Made by a program: the position numbers and the translations under genes. Below, one piece after another: positions 5,329 to 14,359 of a stretch of 20,934 bases of DNA. The notes beneath the pieces are model-generated. The model saw nothing but the letters and a program-made list of their open reading frames with translations. It was not told the origin of the DNA and did no database searches. Source of the DNA: an uncultured Geobacter sp. Its GTDB lineage: Bacteria; Desulfobacterota; Desulfuromonadia; Geobacterales; Geobacteraceae. Positions within the stretch are counted from its first letter, which is position 1. Each line of letters opens with the position of its first letter. The stretch covers positions 19,238 through 40,171 of the forward strand of contig CAYSPF010000006.1 of assembly GCA_964432775.1 (NCBI GenBank), read 5' to 3'.

Positions 5329-7521
5329 ATGGCGCCATGGAGCATGGTCACGTCAGCCCTGCATAAAGCCGCTTCCATCAGAGCGGTACCAATGAAGCGG
5401 CTTTTCCTTATTCTCATCCTCTGCCTGGTGTTTAATAGCGCGCCGACGCCCGGCGCCGCTACGGGTGCGCAAAGGCCGAAGCTTATCGCCGTCGGCGACC
5501 ATAACTATCCACCCTATGAGTTTCTGGAGAACGGAAAACCCACCGGTTTCAATGTGGAGTTGATGCGAGCCGTAGCTGATGTCATGGGTTTTGACGTGGA
5601 GATCCGGCTCGGCCCGTGGAGTAAGGTTCGGCGAGATCTGGAACAGGGAAAAGCGGACGTCGTCACGGGTATGTATTATTCGGAAGAACGGCTCAAACTC
5701 GTCGATTTTTCAGTGCCTCACACCATTGTTTCACCCGGGTTATTCGTGCGGAAGGATTCTCCCCTTCGCTCATTCAACGATATGAGGAGCAAGGAAATCA
5801 TCGTCCAGAAAGATGATATTCTTTATGACTACATCCGGGAGAATGGTGTAACTTCACACATTATCGCAGTCACGGACCCCATCGACGCAGTGCTGCTCCT
5901 GGCGTCGGGCAAGCATGACTGCGCCCTCTTGACGTCCAGGTTCGAGGGGGAGTACTTCAAGAAAAAACTCAACCTGACGAACATCAGGGAAGTGAACGCC
6001 GACCTGCCCCAGCTGCAGTATTGTTTTGCGGTTCGGAAGTCGAACCGTGACCTGAAGTACCGGCTTGATGAAGGGCTGAACATCCTGAAAGTCAATGGCA
6101 CCTACCGGAATATTTACGAAAAATGGTTCGGGGTCTACGAAAAAAGGGCTCTGTGGAAGACCCTGCAATACTTTGTCGCGGCATTGGCGTTCAGTGCACT
6201 GCTTTTTGCGGCTAGTCTCCTCTGGTCATGGTCACTCAAGAGGCAGGTGACGATACGGACCACGGAGCTGCGCAAGAACGAAGAGGAATTGCGAAAGGCG
6301 CACGCGGAACTGGAACAGCGGGTACAGGAACGGACGGTCGAGTTGAAGTCGACAAACGATCGGCTGAAGACATCCGAAGCGGAAAAATCGCTGATTTTGA
6401 ATGGTACCAAGGACCTTGTTGTTTACTATGATTCCGCCATGAATATCCTGTGGGCAAATAAGGAGGCGGGCGCCTCCGTGGATAGAGTTCCGGAGGAATT
6501 GAAGGGACGGCGCTGCTGGGATATCTGGCATCAGCGCCGGGAACCCTGTATCGGTTGCCCGGTAGTCCTTGCACGGGATACGGGACAGCCCCGGAAAGCG
6601 GAGATACGCAGCCCTGACGGGAGGGTATGGTTCATCCGAGGGTATCCAATCACGAGTGATAACGGAGAATTGCTGGGAATGGCTGAATTTGTCCTGGATA
6701 TCACCGACCAGAAACAGGCGGAGGAACTGCTCACCCAGAAAAGACAGCAACTGGAGACGCTTAACCAGACCCTGGAGAAGAGAGTCCGGGAAGAGGTCGC
6801 ACGAAATCGGGAAAAGGACAGCATTCTTATTCAGCAGAATCGCCAGGCAGCCCTGGGTGAGACACTGGAACATATAGCACATCAATGGAAACAGCCGCTC
6901 AGCTCCATTTCACTCCTTGTACAGGGCCTGGAGGAGACCTACTCGTGCGGCGAATTAACGGCCGGGTACCTGCGGCAGACTGTCGATACAGCGCACGAAC
7001 TGGTACAGCACATGGCGCAGACCATCGATGTATTCAGGGATTATTACAAACCGGAGAATAAAAAGACCTTGTTTCTTGTTGCGGACGCCATTAATAAGGC
7101 CATCTCGTTTGTCGGACCGGCCTTGAGATTTCACAACATTACGTTAGAACATGATGCCGATCCCGAAGTCTCGGCATACGGCTATCCAAAGGAATTCATG
7201 CAGGTGGTGATTACAATCCTGACCAATGCACGGGACGCCTTCAGGGAAAGACGGATATCCGAGCCGAAGGTTGTACTCAGATCCTGCGCGGAGGGGAATA
7301 CGGCGGTTCTCACCATCACGGACAATGCGGGCGGGATTCGGCACGAGCACCTGGGCAGGATTTTTGACCTCTACTTTACCACCAGGGAATCAAGCGGCGG
7401 CTCAGGGATCGGACTCTACATAGCGAAGAATATCATTGAACGGCGTATGGCAGGGGAACTGAGCGCTCGCAATATCATGCAGGGCGTCCAATTCAGAATA
7501 GAGATCCCACGGCACGGCTAG
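5329..7521 (+). CDS. Sensor histidine kinase: periplasmic family-3 solute-binding (amino-acid-binding-like) domain, TM helix, coiled coil, PAS, HisKA, HATPase_c. No adjacent response regulator.
   Basis: 730 aa. Strong RBS GAGGAG for ATG 5329. A signal-peptide-like MKRLFLILILCLVF begins at the in-frame ATG 5392, which is an alternative start. The SBP_bac_3-like region reads LIAVGDHNYPPYEF...GKADVVTGMYYSEERLKLVDFSVPH. The TM segment reads LQYFVAALAFSALLFAASLLWSW. The PAS region carries Cys residues RRCWDIWHQRREPCIGCP. The H-box is IAHQWKQPLSS. The G-boxes are ITDNAGGI...GSGIGLYIAK. Confidence 0.88.
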   Translation: MAPWSMVTSALHKAASIRAVPMKRLFLILILCLVFNSAPTPGAATGAQRPKLIAVGDHNYPPYEFLENGKPTGFNVELMRAVADVMGFDVEIRLGPWSKVRRDLEQGKADVVTGMYYSEERLKLVDFSVPHTIVSPGLFVRKDSPLRSFNDMRSKEIIVQKDDILYDYIRENGVTSHIIAVTDPIDAVLLLASGKHDCALLTSRFEGEYFKKKLNLTNIREVNADLPQLQYCFAVRKSNRDLKYRLDEGLNILKVNGTYRNIYEKWFGVYEKRALWKTLQYFVAALAFSALLFAASLLWSWSLKRQVTIRTTELRKNEEELRKAHAELEQRVQERTVELKSTNDRLKTSEAEKSLILNGTKDLVVYYDSAMNILWANKEAGASVDRVPEELKGRRCWDIWHQRREPCIGCPVVLARDTGQPRKAEIRSPDGRVWFIRGYPITSDNGELLGMAEFVLDITDQKQAEELLTQKRQQLETLNQTLEKRVREEVARNREKDSILIQQNRQAALGETLEHIAHQWKQPLSSISLLVQGLEETYSCGELTAGYLRQTVDTAHELVQHMAQTIDVFRDYYKPENKKTLFLVADAINKAISFVGPALRFHNITLEHDADPEVSAYGYPKEFMQVVITILTNARDAFRERRISEPKVVLRSCAEGNTAVLTITDNAGGIRHEHLGRIFDLYFTTRESSGGSGIGLYIAKNIIERRMAGELSARNIMQGVQFRIEIPRHG

Positions 7522-7548
7522 CTGCAAGAACCGTCGACTCACAAAAAA

Positions 7549-7575
7549 GCCGGATGGTTCCCCATCCGGCTTTTG
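7549..7575. terminator. Rho-independent bidirectional terminator between the convergent HK and metK genes
   Basis: A perfect 9-bp stem GCCGGATGG (7549-7557) pairs with CCATCCGGC (7562-7570), loop TTCC. It is flanked by AAAAAA on the 5' side and TTTTG on the 3' side. Confidence 0.85.
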
Positions 7576-7601
7576 TACACTCAATTCCCGCATCACGCGT
7601 G

Positions 7602-8771
7602 TTACAACCCTGCCTTGCTCCGCAGGATATCCACCTTGTCGGTCCGCTCCCAGGTGAACTCGGGGAGCTCGCGGCCAAAGTGTCCGTAGGCGGCTGTCAG
7701 TTTGTAGATGGGTCGGAGAAGATCGAGTTGCTCGATGATGGCGCGGGGACGCAGGTCAAAGGTCTCCCGAACAATCTTGGCGATTGCCTCGGAGGGTATT
7801 ACTCCGGTCCGGAACGTGTTAATCATCACGGAAACCGGCTCAGCTACGCCGATGGCGTACGCCACCTGAACCTCGCACTTGTCGCAGAGTCCCGCCGCAA
7901 CCAGGTTCTTCGCCACGTAGCGCCCCATGTAGGAGGCGGAGCGGTCCACCTTCGAGGGGTCCTTGCCGGAGAACGCGCCGCCACCGTGGGAGCCCTGGCC
8001 ACCATAGGTATCGACGATGATCTTCCGGCCGGTGAGTCCGCAGTCACCCATGGGACCGCCGATGACGAAACGGCCGGTCGGGTTGATGAAGAAGCGGGTC
8101 TCACCGTTCATCAGTTCCGCGGGGATAACCTTCTTCACGACCTCTTCGATGATGCCTTCCCTGATGTCCTCGTAGGAGACATCGGGTGTGTGCTGGGAGG
8201 AGACAACCACGGTATCGATACACACCGGCCGTTCGTCGATGTACCGTATCGAAACCTGAGACTTGGAATCGGGACGAAGGAAGGTCAGAATACCTGCCTT
8301 GCGCACATCGGTGAGCTTCTTGGTCAACTTGTGCGCCATCATGATAGGCATGGGCATCAGTTCCGGGGTATCGTTGCAGGCGTAGCCGAACATCAGGCCC
8401 TGGTCACCGGCCCCCTGGTCCTTGAACAGTCCGGCGCCCTCGGTCACGCCCTGGGAGATGTCGGGTGACTGCTTATCGATGGAGGTAAGGACGGCGCAGG
8501 TTTCCCAGTCAAAGCCCATGGCCGAGTCGTTGTAGCCGATCTCCCGAATTGTTTCTCGGGCGACTTTCGGATAGTCCACAACAGCGTTGGTTGTGATTTC
8601 TCCCGCGATGAAGACCATGCCGGTCGTCACCAGTGACTCGCAGGCGACCCGGGAGCGGGGATCCTGGGCAATGATCGCGTCGAGCACCGCATCGGAGATC
8701 TGGTCCGCAACCTTGTCGGGATGCCCTTCGGAAACCGATTCGGAGGTAAAAATGAAATCTGTCATGCTCAT
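7602..8771 (-). CDS. metK: S-adenosylmethionine synthetase
   Basis: 389 aa. The N-terminus [25 protein letters not shown] contains the GHPDK signature. The glycine-rich loop is [28 protein letters not shown]. Confidence 0.96.
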   Translation of the reverse strand: MSMTDFIFTSESVSEGHPDKVADQISDAVLDAIIAQDPRSRVACESLVTTGMVFIAGEITTNAVVDYPKVARETIREIGYNDSAMGFDWETCAVLTSIDKQSPDISQGVTEGAGLFKDQGAGDQGLMFGYACNDTPELMPMPIMMAHKLTKKLTDVRKAGILTFLRPDSKSQVSIRYIDERPVCIDTVVVSSQHTPDVSYEDIREGIIEEVVKKVIPAELMNGETRFFINPTGRFVIGGPMGDCGLTGRKIIVDTYGGQGSHGGGAFSGKDPSKVDRSASYMGRYVAKNLVAAGLCDKCEVQVAYAIGVAEPVSVMINTFRTGVIPSEAIAKIVRETFDLRPRAIIEQLDLLRPIYKLTAAYGHFGRELPEFTWERTDKVDILRSKAGL

Positions 8772-8830
8772 ATGCTGAAACTCCTCCCTTAAATGGGGTT
8801 GGTTCCGTCACGAAGTCAACGAAACGGGAA

Positions 8831-8859
8831 ATCGTAAATTTTACCTGCTTTTTTGTCAA
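8831..8859 (-). promoter_or_regulatory. sigma70 promoter for metK (TTGACA-17 nt-TACGAT, minus strand)
   Basis: On the minus strand: -35 TTGACA (plus 8854-8859), a 17-nt spacer, -10 TACGAT (plus 8831-8836). The ~55-nt 5' UTR ends in GGGAGG. No SAM-riboswitch-like conserved structure was seen. Confidence 0.5.
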
Positions 8860-8884
8860 CCATAAAAAGCACTGCTTGAGAACA

Positions 8885-10648
8885 TCAATCAAAACTGTCG
8901 GAAAACCGGGTGGCTATCCGGCTCTGAAGGTACGACTCCACCTCCACGGCGGTGGTGAAGGTGAGAACCTGCGCTGCCAGGATCTCGGCCTCCCCCCGGG
9001 AACAGCGACGAAGGATCTTCTTGACCTTCGGGATGGATACCGCGTTCATGGAAAGCTCATCGAAGCCGAAGCCCAGCAGGATTGGAAGGTACGCGGGTTC
9101 CCCTGCCATCTCTCCGCACATGCAGACGGAAATGCCTGCCGCATGGGCCGCGTCCGCCACCATCTTCAGGGACCTGAGCACCGCCGGGTGGAGGGGCTCA
9201 TAGAGATGGGAGAGATGCTCGTTTGTCCGGTCGATGGCAAGGGAGTATTGAATGAGGTCGTTGGTGCCGACGCTGAAAAAATCCACCTCGCGGGCCAGGA
9301 AATCGGCAATGATGACGGCGGAAGGAGTCTCAATCATGATGCCAATCTCGATCTCCTCGTCAAACGGGAACGCTGCCCGGCGCAACTCTTCCTTCGCCTC
9401 CTCCAGCAGGGCCTTTGCAGCCCGTATCTCGGCAACTCCCGAGATCATGGGAAAGAAAATCTTCACCGTTCCCAGCGCACTGGCGCGAAGGATGGCCCGA
9501 AGCTGGGTCTTGAACAGTTCCGGGCAGCGCAGCGAAAAGCGTATGGCACGCAGTCCCAGCGCGGGGTTCAGTTCGTCGTCCAGATTAAGTCCCGCGACGA
9601 ATTTGTCGCCGCCCACGTCGAGGGTACGGATGGTAACGGGATACGGCGCCATCCGGCGGATCACCTCCGCGTATGCCCGGAACTGCTCCTCTTCGCCGGG
9701 GACGGTGGAACGGCCGAGAAAAAGCATCTCGGTCCGGTACAATCCTATTCCCTCCCCGCCATGCTTCCTGATGGACGGTACTTCTTCCAGAAACTCCACG
9801 TTTCCCTTCAGGAGTATCCGGTGTCCATCAGGGGTCTCGGCCGGCAGGTCCTTAAGCTTCAGAAACTCCCGCTCGCGGTACTCATAGAACTGCTTGTGCC
9901 GCAGGTAGTCACGGAAGGTCTCCTCATCCGGATCCAGGATGACGAGCCCCTTGGCGCCGTCCACGATGATCGGGTCGCCGTCCGACACCTCGCCGGTGAT
10001 TCTCTCCAAACCGACGACCGCCGGAATTTCCAGTGAACGTGAGACGATGGCGGTATGGGAAGTCTTCCCCCCCAGGTCGGTGACGAAGCCGATTACCTTT
10101 TCCTTGTCGATCTGCAGGATGTCGGCGGGAGAAAGGTCGTGAGCGACAACGATAACCCGGCCTTCCGTCTCGGGGAGCAGTTCGTGACGCTTGCCGAGCA
10201 TGTTGCGGAGAATCCGCTCCACCACGGTCTCCACATCACTGCTCCGTTCGCGGAGATACTCATCTTCTATTCCTTCAAAGAACTCTTTGAATTTCTTCAG
10301 GGTACGCTTCAGTGCCGCTTCGGCATTAATCCTCATCCGCTCGATACAGCCGATGGTCTCCGATGTCAGCATGGTGTCGTCAAGGATCATCAGGTGAGTA
10401 TCGATGACGTAAAGGTGCTCGGTCCCCCTGGCACGGGAGATGTGCTCTTTCAGGGCAAGGAGATCTTCCTTCGCCTTCCGTAACGCTTCGTAAAAACGCC
10501 CGATCTCAGACGGGATTTCATCGACGGATATGAGGGATTCGACGACGACCACCCGGCTTCTGTCGGCCACCCGCACCTCGCCGATAACGATGCCGGGAGA
10601 GGCGGCAATACCCTGAAAGATTCGCTGTTCACTCTTCTCCAAAGCCAT
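8885..10648 (-). CDS. ptsI: Phosphoenolpyruvate-protein phosphotransferase (PTS Enzyme I)
   Basis: Contains GGKTSHTAIVSRSLEIPAVVG, GLYRTEMLFL and VGTNDLIQYSLAIDR. The start was chosen at MALEKSEQRIFQGIAASPG (ATG 10646-10648), which matches the E. coli MISGILASPG N-terminus. The longer ORF start at 10702 would overlap ptsH by 74 nt. Confidence 0.88.
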   Translation of the reverse strand: MALEKSEQRIFQGIAASPGIVIGEVRVADRSRVVVVESLISVDEIPSEIGRFYEALRKAKEDLLALKEHISRARGTEHLYVIDTHLMILDDTMLTSETIGCIERMRINAEAALKRTLKKFKEFFEGIEDEYLRERSSDVETVVERILRNMLGKRHELLPETEGRVIVVAHDLSPADILQIDKEKVIGFVTDLGGKTSHTAIVSRSLEIPAVVGLERITGEVSDGDPIIVDGAKGLVILDPDEETFRDYLRHKQFYEYREREFLKLKDLPAETPDGHRILLKGNVEFLEEVPSIRKHGGEGIGLYRTEMLFLGRSTVPGEEEQFRAYAEVIRRMAPYPVTIRTLDVGGDKFVAGLNLDDELNPALGLRAIRFSLRCPELFKTQLRAILRASALGTVKIFFPMISGVAEIRAAKALLEEAKEELRRAAFPFDEEIEIGIMIETPSAVIIADFLAREVDFFSVGTNDLIQYSLAIDRTNEHLSHLYEPLHPAVLRSLKMVADAAHAAGISVCMCGEMAGEPAYLPILLGFGFDELSMNAVSIPKVKKILRRCSRGEAEILAAQVLTFTTAVEVESYLQSRIATRFSDSFD

Positions 10649-10895
10649 CCCTGATAAGTTCCCCGAGGACGCAAATCGCCTCTTCTTCGTCCTCTCCTTC
10701 AACCTTGACCCGAATAACGCTCCCCTTGGCAGCCGCCAGCATCATGATTCCCATGATGCTCTTGCCGTTAACCTCTATGTCCTCACGCTCAATCTTGATG
10801 TCCGACGAAAAACGGCTTGAGGTCTTCACCAGCAGAGCCGAGGCCCTGGCGTGAAGACCCAGCTTGTTCGGTATGACAAATTCTTCAACGAGCAT
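10629..10895 (-). CDS. ptsH: Phosphocarrier protein HPr (or NPr)
   Basis: 88 aa from MLVEEFVIPNKLGLHARASALLVK. It has the His15 motif GLHARA and the regulatory Ser in GKSIMGIMML. The ORF-track start at 10937 has no RBS; the internal ATG at 10893-10895 is preceded by GGAG. The gene overlaps ptsI by 20 nt. Confidence 0.85.
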   Translation of the reverse strand: MLVEEFVIPNKLGLHARASALLVKTSSRFSSDIKIEREDIEVNGKSIMGIMMLAAAKGSVIRVKVEGEDEEEAICVLGELIRDGFGEE

Positions 10896-11022
10896 ATCTC
10901 CGGTATCCACCCTGTCCTGTAACTGTAGTATCACCATAGTTCCGGTGAGTTGTGCCGCCCTCGTCCTCTACGTACACCCTTACTGCACACGCAATTCCGG
11001 AGCATCGGTCGCGAAACGGCGG

Positions 11023-11415
11023 TTATTTGAGGAATTCTCCTGCCACCGAGATACTTTCCAGCCCGCATTTTTTCAGCGCCGCCGCCAGCTCGGCGACACC
11101 GAGGCGACTCCGTTCCGATGCGAATTTGATTACCATCGGGAGGTTCACCCCGGTAAGCACCTCAACCTCGTCTTCCTTCAGGAAGGAGATGCTCATATTG
11201 GAGGGGGTTCCGCCGAACATGTCGGTCATGATAATGACCCCGTCTTCCGCAACCTTCTCGATGGCGATTTGGACACACTCCCGAATCTTGTCCACCGAAT
11301 CACCGGAGCCGATACCGACAGCCTCCGACTTCTCGATGGGCCCGACAATCATCTCGGCAGCCGCAAGCAGCTCCCGCGCCAGACCTGCATGAGCGACAAC
11401 AAGCAAACCAACCAT
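11023..11415 (-). CDS. PTS EIIA component, mannose/sorbose family
   Basis: 130 aa. MVGLLVVAHAGLARELLAAAEMIVG...IIMTDMFGGTPSNMS resembles the ManX N-terminal EIIA domain, with the active-site His in VVAHAG. Confidence 0.8.
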   Translation of the reverse strand: MVGLLVVAHAGLARELLAAAEMIVGPIEKSEAVGIGSGDSVDKIRECVQIAIEKVAEDGVIIMTDMFGGTPSNMSISFLKEDEVEVLTGVNLPMVIKFASERSRLGVAELAAALKKCGLESISVAGEFLK

Positions 11416-11418
11416 ATT

Positions 11419-12276
11419 CTATCCCTTCCCGATATCCCTGTGGGTAACCTTCACGATTACGTTCTTGTCAGCAAAAAAGCTCCTGAGTTCCTCGGTTATG
11501 GCAACGGAGCGATGCTTGCCTCCGGTACATCCGGTGGAAATCGTCAAGTACGACTTTCCCTCCCGCCGGTAACCGGGGATCAGAAACTCCAGCATGTCGG
11601 TGAATTTTTCGAGGAACCGACGGGTTTCCTCTTTTCCAACGACATACTCCCGCACAAGGGGATCGAGTCCTGAAAACTCCCGCAGTTCCCAGACAAAGTA
11701 GGGATTCGGCAGAAACCGCACGTCCATCACCAGATCCGATTCCAAGGGAATTCCGAAACGATAGCCGAACGACTGCAGATGCACCGTCATATCCCGCTGG
11801 ACACCCGTCCCTTTGACGAAAGAGATAACAGCGCCCTTGAGCTGGTGGATGTTGAACTCGGAGGTATCAATAATCCTTGTCGCCATCCGCCTCAGACCCG
11901 CCAGTTGCTGCCTCTCGAACCTGATTCCCTCCGGCACGGACCCGCTCTCCGATACGGGATGGCGCCGTCGTGTCTCTGAGAAGCGCCTGATGAGGACCTC
12001 ATCCGACGCGTCGAAGAAGACGATTTCAACCGTATGCCCTGCTTCCCGGACCTCCTGCAGGACCTTTTCATAGCCCCGCAGGGACTCAAGATCGCGGATG
12101 TCCATCACCAAGGCCACGTCCCTCGTCCGATCCTTCGATTTTTCCACAAGTTCAACAAACGTCGGAATGAGACTTACCGGCAGATTGTCGATGCAGAAAA
12201 AACCCTCGTCTTCGAGGACCCGCACCCCGGTTGACTTCCCGGAGCCGGAGAGACCGGTGATAATAACGATACGCAT
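11419..12276 (-). CDS. rapZ: RNase adapter protein RapZ (YhbJ, P-loop NTPase)
   Basis: Walker A MRIVIITGLSGSGKSTGVRVLED. The C-terminal region is ISTGCTGGKHRSVAITEEL. The start was moved to ATG 12274-12276 (RBS GGTGGAG). The upstream 39 codons of the ORF would overlap hprK. Confidence 0.88.
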   Translation of the reverse strand: MRIVIITGLSGSGKSTGVRVLEDEGFFCIDNLPVSLIPTFVELVEKSKDRTRDVALVMDIRDLESLRGYEKVLQEVREAGHTVEIVFFDASDEVLIRRFSETRRRHPVSESGSVPEGIRFERQQLAGLRRMATRIIDTSEFNIHQLKGAVISFVKGTGVQRDMTVHLQSFGYRFGIPLESDLVMDVRFLPNPYFVWELREFSGLDPLVREYVVGKEETRRFLEKFTDMLEFLIPGYRREGKSYLTISTGCTGGKHRSVAITEELRSFFADKNVIVKVTHRDIGKG

Positions 12277-12280
12277 TGCC

Positions 12281-13240
12281 CTACTCCACCTCGCTTCCCA
12301 CTGGTCGCGCTTCCATGCGCGCCAGAAGGTTTTCCTGGAATTCCCGGGATGAGTTGTACCCCATTCCCTTGAGAAGGAAGTTCCGAGCCGCAACCTCGAG
12401 GATTGAAGTCAGATTCCGGCCGTAGCGCACCGGAATCTTCAGGTAGGGCAGCTCCACATCGATGATCGTGTAACCCTGCTCATCTATTCCGAGCCGGTCG
12501 TACTCCTCAGAGGACTCCCATTCCACCAACTCAATGACGAGGTTGACAATCTTTTTCTCCCGAATCGCCGAAATCCCGAAGAGGTCCTTGATATTGATAA
12601 TCCCGAGACCGCGGATCTCCATGCGGAACTGAAGCGGTTCAGCCGCGCTTCCCACCAGAGCCGAAGGCATCTTTTTCCGGATCCGGACAACATCATCCGC
12701 CACGAGGCGATGTCCGCGGATTACCAGGTCGAGTGCGCACTCGCTCTTACCGATACCGCTCTTGCCGAGCAGCAGGACCCCGACGCCGTAGACATCCATC
12801 AGGACACCATGGAGATGGGTAACAGGGAGAAGCCTTTCCTCCAGATACTTCGTCACCAGAGAGATGAAGGTCGAGGAGAGGTGGGATGTTCTCAGGAGCG
12901 GAATACCGGCCTTCTCGGAAGCCAGGCGCAGATAGTCCGGCGGCTCCAGGTCCATCGTGACGACGAAACAGGCAATGGGAAATGAGCACAGGGTGTCGAT
13001 ATGAGCGACGGCCGTCTCCGCAGGCAACTGTCGCAGATATGATATCTCAGTATTGCCGAGTATCTGAACCCTCTCCGCATGCAGGTGCTCGGTATAGCCG
13101 GTGAGCGCCAGACCCGGTTTCTGAATGCGCGGTGTCGTTATTGTGTTGGACAGCCCCCCTCGACCCGCAAGAAGGATGAGAGCCAGATCATATTCCGTGT
13201 CATGGAGAAGGTCTTCAATGAAAAGGCTGTTCGTTTTCAC
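12281..13240 (-). CDS. hprK: HPr kinase/phosphorylase
   Basis: 319 aa. P-loop GVLLLGKSGIGKSECALDLV and central GHRLVADD. The start codon overlaps the ptsN stop. Confidence 0.9.
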   Translation of the reverse strand: MKTNSLFIEDLLHDTEYDLALILLAGRGGLSNTITTPRIQKPGLALTGYTEHLHAERVQILGNTEISYLRQLPAETAVAHIDTLCSFPIACFVVTMDLEPPDYLRLASEKAGIPLLRTSHLSSTFISLVTKYLEERLLPVTHLHGVLMDVYGVGVLLLGKSGIGKSECALDLVIRGHRLVADDVVRIRKKMPSALVGSAAEPLQFRMEIRGLGIINIKDLFGISAIREKKIVNLVIELVEWESSEEYDRLGIDEQGYTIIDVELPYLKIPVRYGRNLTSILEVAARNFLLKGMGYNSSREFQENLLARMEARPVGSEVE

Positions 13241-13713
13241 AGACGGCTGTCCTGTCCCTCTATGCAGGCATATATGGCGTCGGAATCCGCGGCGTCCAGC
13301 AACCGGGCCCGCAATGCCCGGTCCTTCACCAGCCGGGAGATCCGGGCCAGAAGATTCAGATAGACATCAATGGAGTTCGCATCGGAAATGAGCAGAAAAA
13401 AAAGATAGACCGGCTTGCCGTCAAGGGCTTCAAAGGCAATGCCGGTCGTACTCCGTCCAACGACAAGAAGAGGCTTCCCCGGGTGCGGAACCTTGGCATG
13501 GGGTATGGCGATGCCACCGCCGATACCGGTACTTCCAAGCCGTTCCCGCTCCAGGAGGAGCCCCAGGATCTCTTCCTGATCAAGCTCATGGCGCCTTTCA
13601 AGAAACTTCACGGTCAGTTCACGGAGAACCCCTTCCCTTGTAGAGGATGAGAGATCGGCAACAATATCATGGGGATGAAAAAAATCAGTGATTCTCATCG
13701 ATTCATCGGACAC
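13237..13713 (-). CDS. ptsN: PTS EIIA-Ntr (nitrogen regulatory IIA)
   Basis: 158 aa. EIIA type-2 motif GIGGGIAIPHAKV with the phosphorylatable His. Sits in the canonical rpoN-hpf-ptsN position. Confidence 0.87.
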   Translation of the reverse strand: MSDESMRITDFFHPHDIVADLSSSTREGVLRELTVKFLERRHELDQEEILGLLLERERLGSTGIGGGIAIPHAKVPHPGKPLLVVGRSTTGIAFEALDGKPVYLFFLLISDANSIDVYLNLLARISRLVKDRALRARLLDAADSDAIYACIEGQDSRL

Positions 13714-13745
13714 GGCTCCGGCGTTGCCGCCGGAGCCTCTCCGTA

Positions 13746-14291
13746 TCAGCTTTCCTGCGGTTCGATGAGACCGTAATTACCGTCCTTGCGGCGGTAGATA
13801 ACGTTGATGCCTTCGGTCATCGAGTCGGTGTACACAAGAAAGTCCTTGTGGAGGAGATCCATCTGCATAACGGCCTCTTCCACGGACATGGGCTTGATGG
13901 AGAAGGTATTCGACTTGATGATCACCGGCTCCTGTCGCTGCTCGATACTCTCAGCCTCGAGGATGGTCTTCTTTACCTTTCGCGCAGCGTTTTCATTGCC
14001 GGGCTTGTGAGCCTTGATCCGCTCCTTGTAGCGGCGCATCTGCCTCTCGATCTTGTCGATGACCGCATCAATGGCGGCATACATGTCGTTGGTTTCTTCG
14101 GAAGCCTTGATGGTGATTCCCCTGGCGTTGATGGTCACTTCGGCAATATGACGAATCTTTTCCACCGTCAGGAAAACCTGGGCGACAATCGGTTCGTCGA
14201 TATATTTCTGTACCCGACCGAGCTTATCCTGCGCATAGCTTTTCAGTGCGTCGCTGGACTCCATATGTCTGAACGTGGTTGTAATCTGCAT
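13746..14291 (-). CDS. hpf: Ribosome hibernation promoting factor (long HPF, sigma54 modulation protein family)
   Basis: 181 aa. MQITTTFRHMESSDALKSYAQDKL, followed by a C-terminal dimerization extension. RBS AAAGGAGA. Directly downstream of rpoN. Confidence 0.9.
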   Translation of the reverse strand: MQITTTFRHMESSDALKSYAQDKLGRVQKYIDEPIVAQVFLTVEKIRHIAEVTINARGITIKASEETNDMYAAIDAVIDKIERQMRRYKERIKAHKPGNENAARKVKKTILEAESIEQRQEPVIIKSNTFSIKPMSVEEAVMQMDLLHKDFLVYTDSMTEGINVIYRRKDGNYGLIEPQES

Positions 14292-14359
14292 TAAACTATC
14301 TCCTTTTCTGATTTTCCTTCCGGGCGGAAAGAGCCGTTAGCCCCAAGCTGCCCTGGAAT

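Noticed and set aside
6480-6600. c-type haem-binding site in the histidine-kinase PAS domain
   Set aside because: The motif is CIGCP, not CXXCH. No His follows the second Cys, so covalent haem attachment is not supported. Kept only as a generic Cys-cluster observation.
8772-8884. SAM riboswitch upstream of metK
   Set aside because: The 5' UTR is only ~55 nt between a clear sigma70 -10 and the RBS. It has no SAM-I, SAM-II or SAM/SAH-like conserved helices or pseudoknot that I could recognise.
7554-10483. Long antisense ORFs: 7554..8468 (+, 304 aa), 8876..10036 (+, 386 aa), 10055..10483 (+)
   Set aside because: Shadow ORFs opposite firmly identified genes in high-GC DNA. No recognisable motifs, no RBS, low-complexity composition.
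10649-10702. Longer ptsI start (ATG at 10700-10702; MKERTKKRRFASSGNLSG extension)
   Set aside because: It would overlap ptsH by 74 nt. The extension is low-complexity and basic. The conserved Enzyme I N-terminus aligns to the internal Met at 10646-10648.
10864-11673. Long antisense ORF 10864..11673 (+, 269 aa)
   Set aside because: Shadow ORF opposite firmly identified genes in high-GC DNA. No recognisable motifs, no RBS, low-complexity composition.
12277-12393. Longer rapZ start at 12393 (39 extra codons, MRLGTSFSREWGTTHPG...)
   Set aside because: It would overlap the hprK 3' end by 113 nt. RapZ homologues begin at the Walker-A-proximal Met, and a good RBS (GGTGGAG) precedes ATG 12274-12276.
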